A stretch of 63,149 bases of DNA, filler included, from Reclinomonas americana ATCC 50394 (taxonomy: Eukaryota), in NCBI GenBank assembly GCA_048213135.1. It is 5 parts of 2 records of this genome, joined end to end, with 100 filler letters (N's around TTAATTAATTAA, not from the genome) between each part and the next. Parts side by side here need not be neighbours in the genome. Positions count along the whole stretch, not along the records: positions 29,497 to 52,975 come from PS015241.1; positions 53,076 to 63,149 come from PS015242.1; 3 more parts are not named here. One strand, given 5' to 3'. Below, piece after piece: positions 49,985 to 62,754 of the stretch. The translations under genes and the position numbers were made by a program. The notes beneath the pieces were generated by a model. It had not been told where the DNA came from and did not search any database. It was given only the letters and a program-made list of their open reading frames with translations. Within the stretch, counting starts at the first letter, position 1. Each line of letters starts with the position of its first letter.

Positions 49985-51076
49985 TCACAGTCGGAGACTA
50001 TCATCGGCGCAACAACGATGGAGAATCACCTCGGCCTCCTCCACAATGAAGCACCGCAGCACGATCTCTGGCAGACAACGCGGATTATCTCCTTCCTCTT
50101 CCATGCCCTCTTGCATCTCCTGCACTCCACGCATGGCTTGTCGAGCGCAGTCGAGCTCCTGCTGCGCCAGACCACAAGGAGTCGACCATACTCTCACGGT
50201 CCCGTCGTCACTCCCACTCACGACATGCTGACCATCCGGAGAAACGGCGACACATTGCGCCGCCGACGTGTGGCCCTCCAACCGTCGCACCTGCTCCCCA
50301 GTCGCCATCGACCACACACGCACGATCCCATCCTCACCCGCACTGACCACACGCTGACCGTCAGGAGTAACTGCGACAGACCACACGTATCCAGCGTGAC
50401 CCTCGAATCGTCGCACTTCCTCTCCGCTCGCCAGCGACCACACACGCACTGTATTGTCGTCACTTCCACTCACAACATGCAGCCCGTCGGGAGTAACGGT
50501 GACAGACATCACCCACTCCGCATGTCCCAGCAACTGTCGGACCTCCTCACCAGTCGCCAGTGACCACACACGCACTGTCCGGTCGGCACTCCCACTTACT
50601 GCCTGCTGGCCATCGGGAGTGACGGCAACAGACATTACCCAATTCGCGTGTCCCTCCAATCGGCGCACTTCCTCGCCACTCTTGAGTGACCACACGCGCA
50701 CGGTCTTGTCCACACTCCCACTCACTACATGCAGGCTGTCGGGAGTGACGGCGACGGAGCGCAACATGTTAGAGTGCCTTTCAAGCCGTCGCACTTCTGC
50801 TCCATTGGCGAGTGACCTCACGCGAATCGTTTTGTCATCGCTTCCGCTGACCACGTGCTGGCCATCGGGAGTGACGGCGACGGACTTGACCCAATCAGTG
50901 TGCCCCTCGAATCGCGCCACCTCTTCTCCAGACGCGAGTGACCACACTCGCACGGTCTTGTCGTCACTTCCGCTGACCACGTGCTGGCCGTCGGGAGTAA
51001 AGGCGACAGAGGTTACCGAGTTGGTATGTCCGCACAAGCACTTGTATGGGAGAGAGGGAGGAGGAGCGGAGGACAT
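49985..51076 (-). CDS. intronless WD40 protein, copy 5
   Basis: Same architecture, 363 aa. Confidence 0.93.
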   Translation of the reverse strand: MSSAPPPSLPYKCLCGHTNSVTSVAFTPDGQHVVSGSDDKTVRVWSLASGEEVARFEGHTDWVKSVAVTPDGQHVVSGSDDKTIRVRSLANGAEVRRLERHSNMLRSVAVTPDSLHVVSGSVDKTVRVWSLKSGEEVRRLEGHANWVMSVAVTPDGQQAVSGSADRTVRVWSLATGEEVRQLLGHAEWVMSVTVTPDGLHVVSGSDDNTVRVWSLASGEEVRRFEGHAGYVWSVAVTPDGQRVVSAGEDGIVRVWSMATGEQVRRLEGHTSAAQCVAVSPDGQHVVSGSDDGTVRVWSTPCGLAQQELDCARQAMRGVQEMQEGMEEEGDNPRCLPEIVLRCFIVEEAEVILHRCCADDSLRL

Positions 51077-51361
51077 GGTGTGCGTTCGTGGAGAGAGAGA
51101 AACGGAGTGTGTGAGTGAGTGTCCTTTGATGTGGGGACATGCCGACGACTTCGAATCTCTGAGGCCAGTGAGGACACGCCTGAAGGTACATTCTCGGAGA
51201 CAGGATATTAGAGAAACTCATGGGCTGCTGTCTGCTGTGGCAAAACGCGCAGAAAATGACAAGGGAAGAACCAGGAAACACGTGAGAGAGAGAGAGAGAT
51301 TGAGAGCACAAGACAGTTCTCCTTCCGTCCTTCGCCACTCAGCGAATCACAGTCGGAGACT

Positions 51362-52975
51362 CTAATCTGCGAAACAACGGTGGAGGATGACCTCGGCTTC
51401 CTCCACAATGAAGCACCGCAACACGATCTCCACCAAGCAACGCGGATCTCCTTCCTCTTCCATGCCCTCAAGCATCTCCGGCACTCCACGCATGGCTTGT
51501 CGAGCACAGTCCAGCTCCTGCCGAGCGAGACCACATGGCGTCGACCACACTCTCACCGTCCGATCGTCACCCCCGCTGACAACGTGCTGACCATCCGGAG
51601 AAACGGCGACGCACTGCACCGCTGATGCGTGCCCCTCCAGCTGACGTACTTCTGCGCCACTCGCCAGTGACCATACACGCACGGTTGTGTCCAAGCTGCC
51701 ACTCACTACGTGCTGACCATCGGGAGTGACGGCGACAGAGTACACAACGCTTGTGTGTCCCTCCAGTCGCCGCACTTCATCTCCACTCGCCAGAGACCAC
51801 ACGCGCACAGTCTCGTCCCAGCTGCCGCTCACCACATGCANNNNNNNNNNNNNNNNNNNNNNNNNNNNNNNNNNNNNNNNNNNNNNNNNNNNNNNNNNNN
51901 NNNNNNNNNNNNNNNNNNNNNNNNNNNNNNNNNNNNNNNNNNNNNNNNNNNNNNNNNNNNNNNNNNNNNNNNNNNNNNNNNNNNNNNNNNNNNNNNNNNN
52001 NNNNNNNNNNNNNNNNNNNNNNNNNNNNNNNNNNNNNNNNNNNNNNNNNNNNNNNNNNNNNNNNNNNNNNNNNNNNNNNNNNNNNNNNNNNNNNNNNNNN
52101 NNNNNNNNNNNNNNNNNNNNNNNNNNNNNNNNNNNNNNNNNNNNNNNNNNNNNNNNNNNNNNNNNNNNNNNNNNNNNNNNNNNNNNNNNNNNNNNNNNNN
52201 NNNNNNNNNNNNNNNNNNNNNNNNNNNNNNNNNNNNNNNNNNNNNNNNNNNNNNNNNNNNNNNNNNNNNNNNNNNNNNNNNNNNNNNNNNNNNNNNNNNN
52301 NNNNNNNNNNNNNNNNNNNNNNNNNNNNNNNNNNNNNNNNNNNNNNNNNNNNNNNNNNNNNNNNNNNNNNNNNNNNNNNNNNNNNNNNNNNNNNNNNNNN
52401 NNNNNNNNNNNNNNNNNNNNNNNNNNNNNGACCGTCGGGAGTGATGGCGACCGAGTGCACGACGTCGGTGTGTCCCCGCAACCGTCGCACCTCGTTGCCG
52501 CTGGCAAGCGACCACACCGGTATCGACTTTTCAAAGCTCCCACTCACGACGTGCTGTCCATCGGGAGTGATGGCGACTGACCACACGATATCAGCGTGAC
52601 CCATGAATCGGCGCACCTCTTCCCCACTTGCCAGTGACCACAAGCGCAACGTGTTGTCGAAGCCCCCACTCAAAATGTGCTGGCCGTCGGGGGTGACAGT
52701 CACACAAGATACGGCATAGGCGTGACCCTCCATCTGTCGCACCTCCTCACCACTTGCCAGCGACCACACTCGCACACTTGTGTCCGTGCATCCAATCACC
52801 AGGTGCTGGCCATCGGGAGTGAAGGCAACCGACCACATAGAGGAAGCACCGTCGACCAGGCGACGCACTTCTTTGCCACTCGCCAGCGACCACAGGCGCA
52901 CAGTCATGTCTTGACTGCAGCTCACAAAGTGCTGCCCGTCCGGGGAAACGGCAACAGACGTCACACCATCCGTGT
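51362..52975 (-). CDS. WD40 family copy 6 (gap-interrupted; either one longer gene or two copies)
   Basis: C-terminal repeats and tail at 51362-51839, ending FAD* at a TAG 5 codons before the usual TGA. At least 4 further WD repeats at 52430-52975. Total span exceeds the 1.1 kb of the other copies. Confidence 0.8.
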
Positions 52976-53261
52976 NNNNNNNNNNNNNNNNNNNNNNNNN
53001 NNNNNNNNNNNNNNNNNNNTTAATTAATTAANNNNNNNNNNNNNNNNNNNNNNNNNNNNNNNNNNNNNNNNNNNNCTCTCTCTCTCTCTCTCCCCTCCCT
53101 CTCTCTGTCGCAATTATCTTCAGTTTCCGTCCCCTTTCCCTTCCACTTCCCTTTCTCTCTATCCCCTTTCCCTCCTTCTCTCTATCCCTTTCCCCCCTTT
53201 TCTCTCTCTCTCTCAATCAGTTTCCCTCCCCTTTCCCTTCCCCTGTTCCTCGCACACCCAC

Positions 53262-53385
53262 CTGGCTGCTTGAGTGCATGCTGAATGCAGGCATCGCCGG
53301 CGCCGACCAGTGCCGGATCGTGTCGCGAAAGCAGCTTGGTGAGACCGTCAAACACGAATGCGCCCAAGTCGCCTTCCTCACTCAT
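53262..53385 (-). CDS. orphan first exon of an unknown gene (MSEEGDLGAFVFDGLTKLLSRHDPALVGAGDACIQHALKQP)
   Basis: Non-repetitive island between microsatellites, with an ATG and a G|GTGGGT donor. Continuation is lost at the spacer gap. Confidence 0.45.
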
Positions 53386-53460
53386 CGTGTTCTCCTCAAA
53401 GAAGGGCTGTGAAAGGGAGAAGAGTGAGACAAGGAGAAGGGAGAGAGAGAGGGAGTGAGT

Positions 53461-53628
<168 letters not shown>

Positions 53629-55622
53629 NNNNNNNNNNNNNNNNNNNNNNNNNNNNNNNNNNNNNNNNNNNNNNNNNNNNNNNNNNNNNNNNNNNNNNNN
53701 NNNNNNNNNNNNNNNNNNNNNNNNNNNNNNNNNNNNNNNNNNNNNNNNNNNNNNNNNNNNNNNNNNNNNNNNNNNNNNNNNNNNNNNNNNNNNNNNNNNN
53801 NNNNNNNNNNNNNNNNNNNNNNNNNNNNNNNNNNNNNNNNNNNNNNNNNNNNNNNNNNNNNNNNNNNNNNNNNNNNNNNNNNNNNNNNNNNNNNNNNNNN
53901 NNNNNNNNNNNNNNNNNNNNNNNNNNNNNNNNNNNNNNNNNNNNNNNNNNNNNNNNNNNNNNNNNNNNNNNNNNNNNNNNNNNNNNNNNNNNNNNNNNNN
54001 NNNNNNNNNNNNNNNNNNNNNNNNNNNNNNNNNNNNNNNNNNNNNNNNNNNNNNNNNNNNNNNNNNNNNNNNNNNNNNNNNNNNNNNNNNNNNNNNNNNN
54101 NNNNNNNNNNNNNNNNNNNNNNNNNNNNNNNNNNNNNNNNNNNNNNNNNNNNNNNNNNNNNNNNNNNNNNNNNNNNNNNNNNNNNNNNNNNNNNNNNNNN
54201 NNNNNNNNNNNNNNNNNNNNNNNNNNNNNNNNNNNNNNNNNNNNNNNNNNNNNNNNNNNNNNNNNNNNNNNNNNNNNNNNNNNNNNNNNNNNNNNNNNNN
54301 NNNNNNNNNNNNNNNNNNNNNNNNNNNNNNNNNNNNNNNNNNNNNNNNNNNNNNNNNNNNNNNNNNNNNNNNNNNNNNNNNNNNNNNNNNNNNNNNNNNN
54401 NNNNNNNNNNNNNNNNNNNNNNNNNNNNNNNNNNNNNNNNNNNNNNNNNNNNNNNNNNNNNNNNNNNNNNNNNNNNNNNNNNNNNNNNNNNNNNNNNNNN
54501 NNNNNNNNNNNNNTGAGTGAGTGTGACAAGTGCAGATGCACATGCGCACTCGGAAAAAGAGAAACTCTGCACCTCTCTCTCTCGTTTCATTGTTTCCTCA
54601 CTGATATGTGTGTGAGTGTGGATGTGTGGAGGTGGAGGGAACGCGCAAACTCGCCTTTCTTCCTGTCTTGCAGCGCAGATTGCACAATGGGTCGTCGGTT
54701 GGCATGGACTGTGGAATTGGTGATTCGCGGAATAAGGCGGAGCGGACTCTGCAGCGAATCAGGAAAGCAGCGGTAGTCGTTGTGGGAACGAATATATGTG
54801 GGTTTTACTGCAAAAGAGCTCAACACAATGAAGAAAAAGAAAAATAAGTCGAAAACTGGCGAGTTCAGAGTCCGAACTCAACGGTTATCGATTAGCTTCT
54901 TGCCAGAAATTGGCTTCATGCAATCTCCTTGTCGACAAACAAGCCCCACCTGCTCACGCCACCGATGATACGAGCCTCCCTAACAACACGACAAGTCGAC
55001 TTGTGTCCTGCCTTCGCTTTTGCCGTGGTTTCTCTTGCAGAAACGCCAGTATTAGCCATCTTGACTTTTTCTCGTTTTTAAATTTTCCGTGGTCTGACTT
55101 TCTTGTGCTCACTCAAGTTGGTGATCATCATGCACCTGTGTTGCTGTTGGATTAGAAAAGTTGTTGTTGTTGTTGCTGTTATTGCCACCAATGGCGACGC
55201 CTAAACTTCTGCACTTTGCTTGCTTCACGGATCCGGACCCGGCTTTGCTTCGTTTGCCTGGCTTTTGGCCTTTTCCCGAATTCGATGTGCGTGTACGCTC
55301 GCAGAAAACGCTGTGCGTCTATGCAAGCGCGTCAAATCCACTGGTCAACCACGCTGCGGTGAAGATCGCAGTTCTCGACTTGTTCGGAGCTCCGAGAACG
55401 AACACACACACACAAGGAACCTGCTGCTACCTCAAGATTGGTGTGTGTTGATGTTTTGGATACGGTTGAAGTTGGTCATCAAGAAGCTGTTGCTTGTTTG
55501 TTGGTGAATGAATTGTTGATCGTCGCCCTTTCCCTCAATATCTGCCAGATATTACCTTTAATATTACCCCATCCTTCTTCCCCTGAGGAACAACACGGGG
55601 ACACACTACAGCAATGCGACAA

Positions 55623-58600
55623 TTAAACATAGCAATTATGGCTATTGGCAAAGTCGACGGAGCGCATGGACGGCTTCCAGCAGCTCAGCATCGGCAGTGC
55701 AAACTGGTATTGCGAACACGGTTCGGGGGAGAGCAACTTGAAGCAGTGCAATGACTCTGTGCACGAAAGAGAAAGAGAGGGTAAGCGAGCGAGCGAGAGA
55801 AAGAGAGAAAGAGAGAGAAGCCCCTTTGCGTGATTTTTGCAACTCATTTGCCACTCCGCCACACTCTCTTCTTTTGCTCGTGCTCTCTCTCGTATGACTC
55901 GCTCGTGATTTCTCATTTTCTCGTCCATGCTCACTCTGCTTTCACACGCCTCCTTTTTCCGCTCGTGCTCTCTCGTTTCTCGTTCGTGCTCTCAATTTTC
56001 CACTCACGCTCCCGTTCTTACTCGCTCGTGCCCTCTCTCGCATGCTCAGCCGTCTCGCTTCTCGCTCGTGCTGGCTCTTGCTTTCTCGCTCGTGCTCTCT
56101 CGCTTCTCGCTCGTGCTCTCTCTCTCGCATTCTCGCTCGTTGCTCTCTCGTTTCTCGCTCGTGCTCTCTCGTTTCTCGCTCACGCTCTCGTTCTTTCTCG
56201 CTCGTGCCCTCTCTCGCATGCTCATCGTGTTGTATCGTTTCTAGGTCGTGCTTGCTCTCTCTCATCGCTCGCGCCTCCTCTCTTTCTCGCTCGTATCTTC
56301 TATCTCTGCTCGTGCTCTCTCTCTCCCCTTCTCTCTCCCTCAACCTCCCTCTCTCTTCCCTCCCACTCACCTGTCACCACGTGTGGAACCACACCGGTGC
56401 GCCCGTGCGCCGCAAATCCAAACGTCGAGTACGAGGAGATGATGATTTCGTCGGCCTCGCCGAGAAGCCACATCTCCAGCAGCGCGTCCTGCATGCCGCG
56501 ACTCGAACGCTGTGTGCACGAGTGAGTGAGTGATAGCAACAAACCACCACCGCGCCATTTAGAGTCGTTGCTCACCTTGTCGACCTTGGCACCCGTGGAA
56601 ATACCGACGCCCGGCGGCAGCATATCCACCACGCTGTCGCGCACCGACGCGTCGTCAGAGACGACGAACCACTTGACCGGTTTCTGATACGATTGATTGG
56701 TAAAAGTGGGGAGCGAGACAGGGAGACTTTCACACAAGAAACTACACAGCACCTCGGGTTGCTGAAGCGACAGAGAGTGTGCCAGCTTGGCCGCGCATTG
56801 GGTGTACACTGTGGGGTGATGGAGCTTGAGAAGGGGATCGAGAAATAAGAAAGTCACCATTCATCCTCATCTCGAGAGAGAGAAAGAGAGAACCCGTGCT
56901 CTCGTTTCTTCTTCACACAGCTCCACATCCTCTCTGTTCTAGTCCTTCGCGCAGGCACGCTGCAGATCGGCTTATTTTGTCGTGTCTCTCCACACTTGTC
57001 TGTCAGTCTGCTAGCTCTCTCTCTCTCTCTCTCTCGCACACCAACATATCAATATCCAATCAGCATTACCTCGCACAACTCACCACCAACAGCCTGTCGC
57101 TTACACTGGTCTCCACTTCTCGACACTCATCTGCAGATGACGAAACGCCATCCCATTTCGTTGCCTTTCTCACTCACACTGTCCCCTTCGATCTTTCCCT
57201 CTCTCTCTCTCACACACACACTCACGACTCTCAAGTAAAGCATTGCCTCGCACACTTCACCCAACAGCCTGTCGCTTGCACAAAAAAATCAACTCCGCTT
57301 CTCGACAATCAGTCATGGTGCTAAAGAAACGCCATTTCCTTCCTCACTCACATTGTTTCCTCCTTTCTCTCTCTCTCTCTCACATTCTCTCTCTCACATA
57401 CCCAAGTTCCCAAATAATGTTACAGCGCAAACTTCGCCAACAACAGCCTGTCGCTCACACGAAACATTGAACTCCACTTCTCAACGCCCGTCTCATTCCT
57501 TTCTCGCTCTCTTCTCCCTCTCTCTCCCTCATCCCTTCCCCTTCCCCCCTACTCCCCCCTTCCCCTCTACTCCCCCTTCCCCCCTTCCCCCTGATCACCT
57601 CGCAACTGATTCGACGACTTGGTGTGCGCCTCGGTCCTGCGCATCTGAATACCCACCACGCGATTCCCGTCAAAGTGCTGCGCGCGAAACTCCGCCACCT
57701 CCGCCTCCAACGCCGGCGTCAACCGCAACAACATGCGCGCCAGCAACTTGAACATATTCTCGCGATGCCCAAACATCTCGCAAATCTTCTCGCGCCAGTG
57801 CGGATTGTGCATGATCGGCGCCGTGTACCACTGCGTGGAGATAATGTCGAGCACGGGCAGGTCGGGGTCGATGCCAAAGTGGGGGTCGCACATCAGGCCC
57901 TCGTACATCAGCGAGTCGTCCTTGTTGCCGCGCTTGGCGCACGAGCGGCAGTAGGGCACCCAGAAGCTGCGAATGCGCGAGCTGGCCGGCGGCATGGCCT
58001 CGATCGTGTCCTCCACCAGCACCTTGTTGTACTTCCACGCAAAGCCCGGCGACACAAACAGGTCCTCGAGCGCCGCGTGCGACATGGCCGCCGCCGGCCA
58101 GTCGACCAGCAGGGCGCGGTCGGTGAGCACCGCCAGCAGGAAGGTGGAGAGGAGGCCCTGCACGCGGTTGCCGAGGCCGTCGTTGGAGGCGCGGAAGACG
58201 AGGAGGCGGCGGTGGGTGGGTGGGGAGGCGAGGATTTTGGCGTGGAGGTCGATGTAGCGCGTCATGATGCCCTGGTGGGGGGAAGGGGGGGGAGGGGAAG
58301 GTAAAAGGAGAAGGGTGAGGGGAGAGGGGGGAAAAGGGGGAAGGGTGAGGAGGGGGAGGGAAGGGGGAAGGGGGGAGGGGGAAGGGGATGGCGAGGGGGA
58401 AGAGGGTGAAAGGGGGAAGAGCAAGGGGAAGACAATGGGGGAAGAGAACGGGGAAGTGTGAAGGGCGAGCAATCGGGGGAGCACTAGGGGAAGAGCAGGG
58501 GGAAGAGCGAAGGAGTGAGACAAAGGGGAGAAGAGCAATGAGAAGAACAGGAGGAAGAGCAAGGGGGAAGCACAAGTGGAAGCACAAGGGGAAGGGGAAG

Positions 58601-59967
58601 AGGCGAGAGGAAGGGGAAGAGGAAGGGGGGATGGCCGAAGGGGGAAGATCAAGGGAAACAAAGAATGGAGAAGACTAAGCCGAAAGTGGGAAGACGAAGT
58701 CGTGTTGGCAAAAAGAGTCTGCGAACCGTGAAAGACGAGGTACCGACGCAAGAAGGAAACGACGCAGAAACCAGCGAAGGAATGGACAAGAAACAGAGCA
58801 CCAAGCGATAGAAAATGAGCTCACGCGCGTTCATCTCTCAGCATTCCAAGGCATTTCCATGCTCTCCCAATACTGCCACGATCCTCACAACATTGAGGTC
58901 AAAAAGCTCATCTGCATGCCCCTGACACCTGCCCGTCCCCTCACACCCTCTCTTCTCGCCTCTCTCGCACGCCAATTCGCAGATCACTTCCCCATTCGTC
59001 TCCCTCTCGTTATCTCGTCACCGTAAGNNNNNNNNNNNNNNNNNNNNNNNNNNNNNNNNNNNNNNNNNNNNNNNNNNNNNNNNNNNNNNNNNNNNNNNNN
59101 NNNNNNNNNNNNNNNNNNNNNNNNNNNNNNNNNNNNNNNNNNNNNNNNNNNNNNNNNNNNNNNNNNNNNNNNNNNNNNNNNNNNNNNNNNNNNNNNNNNN
59201 NNNNNNNNNNNNNNNNNNNNNNNNNNNNNNNNNNNNNNNNNNNNNNNNNNNNNNNNNNNNNNNNNNNNNNNNNNNNNNNNNNNNNNNNNNNNNNNNNNNN
59301 NNNNNNNNNNNNNNNNNNNNNNNNNNNNNNNNNNNNNNNNNNNNNNNNNNNNNNNNNNNNNNNNNNNNNNNNNNNNNNNNNNNNNNNNNNNNNNNNNNNN
59401 NNNNNNNNNNNNNNNNNNNNNNNNNNNNNNNNNNNNNNNNNNNNNNNNNNNNNNNNNNNNNNNNNNNNNNNNNNNNNNNNNNNNNNNNNNNNNNNNNNNN
59501 NNNNNNNNNNNNNNNNNNNNNNNNNNNNNNNNNNNNNNNNNNNNNNNNNNNNNNNNNNNNNNNNNNNNNNNNNNNNNNNNNNNNNNNNNNNNNNNNNNNN
59601 NNNNNNNNNNNNNNNNNNNNNNNNNNNNNNNNNNNNNNNNNNNNNNNNNNNNNNNNNNNNNNNNNNNNNNNNNNNNNNNNNNNNNNNNNNNNNNNNNNNN
59701 NNNNNNNNNNNNNNNNNNNNNNNNNNNNNNNNNNNNNNNNNNNNNNNNNNNNNNNNNNNNNNNNNNNNNNNNNNNNNNNNNNNNNNNNNNNNNNNNNNNN
59801 NNNNNNNNNNNNNNNNNNNNNNNNNNNNNNNNNNNNNNNNNNNNNNNNNNNNNNNNNNNNNNNNNNNNNNNNNNNNNNNNNNNNNNNNNNNNNNNNNNNN
59901 NNNNNNNNNNNNNNNNNNNNAAAGGAAATGTGTTCACGCGCGTTCATCTCTCTGCATTCCAGGCTTC

Positions 59968-60009
<42 letters not shown>

Positions 60010-61182
60010 ACTGCCACGTTTCTCGCAACACCGAAATCAACGAGCTCATCTGCATGCACCAGACACATGCCCTTCCCCTCCCTCGCACTATTCGATCACA
60101 CTTCCCCCATCTTCTCTCGCCTCTCCTCTTTCTCTCTCCATCTCTCTTTCCCGTCACCATGCGTAAGAAATGAGCTCAACCTTCATCTCTCTGCATTCCA
60201 AGGCCTCTTATTTCTCTCTGTTTCTCGAGACTCAACATGCTCATCTGCGTGCACCTGACACGTACCATTCCTCTCACACCCTCTCTTCTCCCCTCTCTTC
60301 TTCTCTCCCCCTCTCCCTCTTTCTCCCGCCGCCGGTCAGCATACAAAAGGAAACGAGCTCATTCGCATGCACCTCACAACACTTCTGAGAGCTCTGCCTC
60401 GTCCGCTCCCTATCACAACACCAACAACAATAGAACTCATCGCTGCACCTATCGCTCACACCGTTTCCTTTCTCCTCTCTCTGCCACAATTCCACAGGAA
60501 ATGAGATTATTTGTCGTTCTCACTAACTCTCTTGCCGACAATTGCCCTTCCACTCACGTCGTGTTGTCTCGCATACCTCTCACTCAATCATGCTCGCTTC
60601 TCACCTGCCCCCTTTCTTTCGTCTTTCTCTCTCCATCCCCTTCTCACTCCAGCCACCATTCCATGAGAAATCAGCTCATGCGTCTTCACGTTCTTCGCAA
60701 CACCGACATCAACAAACTCATCTGCTCGCGCATAACTTGCCTTACCCCTCACGCCCTTTCTTCTCGCCCCTCTCTCTCTCTCNNNNNNNNNNNNNNNNNN
60801 NNNNNNNNNNNNNNNNNNNNNNNNNNNNNNNNNNNNNNNNNNNNNNNNNNNNNNNNNNNNNNNNNNNNNNNNNNNNNNNNNNNNNNNNNNNNNNNNNNNN
60901 NNNNNNNNNNNNNNNNNNNNNNNNNNNNNNNNNNNNNNNNNNNNNNNNNNNNNNNNNNNNNNNNNNNNNNNNNNNNNNNNNNNNNNNNNNNNNNNNNNNN
61001 NNNNNNNNNNNNNNNNNNNNNNNNNNNNNNNNNNNNNNNNNNNNNNNNNNNNNNNNNNNNNNNNNNNNNNNNNNNNNNNNNNNNNNNNNNNNNNNNNNNN
61101 NNNNNNNNNNNNNNNNNNNNNNNNNNNNNNNNNNNNNNNNNNNNNNNNNNNNNNNNNNNNNNNNNNNNNNNNNNNNNNNNNN

Positions 61183-61220
<38 letters not shown>

Positions 61221-62026
61221 TGCTGGCTTCAAACCTGCTCCTCTCTGTCATTTTTTCTCTCCCCTTCCCCTTCTCACTCCCATCACTATTCCATGAGAAA
61301 TGCTCATCGCACCGCAACTTTCTCTGTCTCTCCCTTTCTGCACACATCATCACAACACCAAAATCATCTGCTTGAATGCAAGCAACTGCATTTCTTCTGT
61401 CTCTCAACAACCTCTCATCTCTCGCATGTCCTCTTTCTCACTCTTCCTCGCTCGCCTCCTCATCTTCCTTTTCTCTTTCTCTTCCTCTCTAAACACCGAA
61501 ATTGAAAGACTCCTAAGCTTCGCTGCCCACCCTTCCCTTCTCGCCTTCTCTACACTTCTCGCTTCTTCTCCTCCCTCTTTCCCTTTCTTCGCCTCCCCCT
61601 TTCCCTCACCTCCCTCTTTCCCCCTTACTCCCTTCCCCCCACACACCTCCACATCCGGCTCCTTCCCCACCGCGCACCTCGGCTGCGGCACCACATCCGT
61701 CGGCTCGAAATACGACAACGGCTCATTATCAATGTAATACGACCACGCCAACTGCGCCACCAGCACACACGCGAGCACCGACACCACCAACCGCCGCCGC
61801 GTCTTCCACACTCCATCCACCGATTTCAGACAGCGCATCGCCACCCCGCGCACATTACACAGTGACGACCATCGCGATTTTCCCGCCAAATGCGACGCTG
61901 TCGATGAGGAGTGCGACACCAGCGGCAGTGTCTCTGACGACAACGTCGACGAGGAGTGCAGGCGACGTTGCCGCGCGGCCTGTTCCGCCGTCAACATCTC
62001 CACTTCATCGTCGTCGTCCTGCACCT
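55623..62026 (-). CDS. GT37-like (plant xyloglucan-type) alpha-1,2-fucosyltransferase, type II membrane protein; 5' end in gap
   Basis: TM anchor RRRLVVSVLACVLVAQLAWSYY (~61740-61800). Motifs RLLVFRASNDGLGNRVQGLLSTFLLAVLTDRALLVDW, VVGIQMR, WFVVSD, ALLEMWLLGEADEIIISSYSTFGFAAHGRTG, and terminal CFKLLSPEPC. Confidence 0.85.
58800..61420. repeat. intronic tandem repeat (AAATGAGCTCA...TTCATCTCTCTGCATTCCAAGG...GAGCTCATCTGC) within the fucosyltransferase gene
   Basis: Related units at ~58813, 59925, 60168, 60668 and 61297, interrupted by gaps. Confidence 0.7.
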
Positions 62027-62754
62027 NNNNNNNNNNNNNNNNNNNNNNNNNNNNNNNNNNNNNNNNNNNNNNNNNNNNNNNNNNNNNNNNNNNNNNNNNN
62101 NNNNNNNNNNNNNNNNNNNNNNNNNNNNNNNNNNNNNNNNNNNNNNNNNNNNNNNNNNNNNNNNNNNNNNNNNNNNNNNNNNNNNNNNNNNNNNNNNNNN
62201 NNNNNNNNNNNNNNNNNNNNNNNNNNNNNNNNNNNNNNNNNNNNNNNNNNNNNNNNNNNNNNNNNNNNNNNNNNNNNNNNNNNNNNNNNNNNNNNNNNNN
62301 NNNNNNNNNNNNNNNNNNNNNNNNNNNNNNNNNNNNNNNNNNNNNNNNNNNNNNNNNNNNNNNNNNNNNNNNNNNNNNNNNNNNNNNNNNNNNNNNNNNN
62401 NNNNNNNNNNNNNNNNNNNNNNNNNNNNNNNNNNNNNNNNNNNNNNNNNNNNNNNNNNNNNNNNNNNNNNNNNNNNNNNNNNNNNNNNNNNNNNNNNNNN
62501 NNNNNNNNNNNNNNNNNNNNNNNNNNNNNNNNNNNNNNNNNNNNNNNNNNNNNNNNNNNNNNNNNNNNNNNNNNNNNNNNNNNNNNNNNNNNNNNNNNNN
62601 NNNNNNNNNNNNNNNNNNNNNNNNNNNNNNNNNNNNNNNNNNNNNNNNNNNNNNNNNNNNNNNNNNNNNNNNNNNNNNNNNNNNNNNNNNNNNNNNNNNN
62701 NNNNNNNNNNNNNNNNNNNNNNNNNNNNNNNNNNNNNNNNNNNNNNNNNNNNNN

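Noticed and set aside
54590-55620. Lower-GC unique sequence with short ORFs
   Set aside because: No recognisable motifs or consistent exon chain; may be UTR or intergenic.
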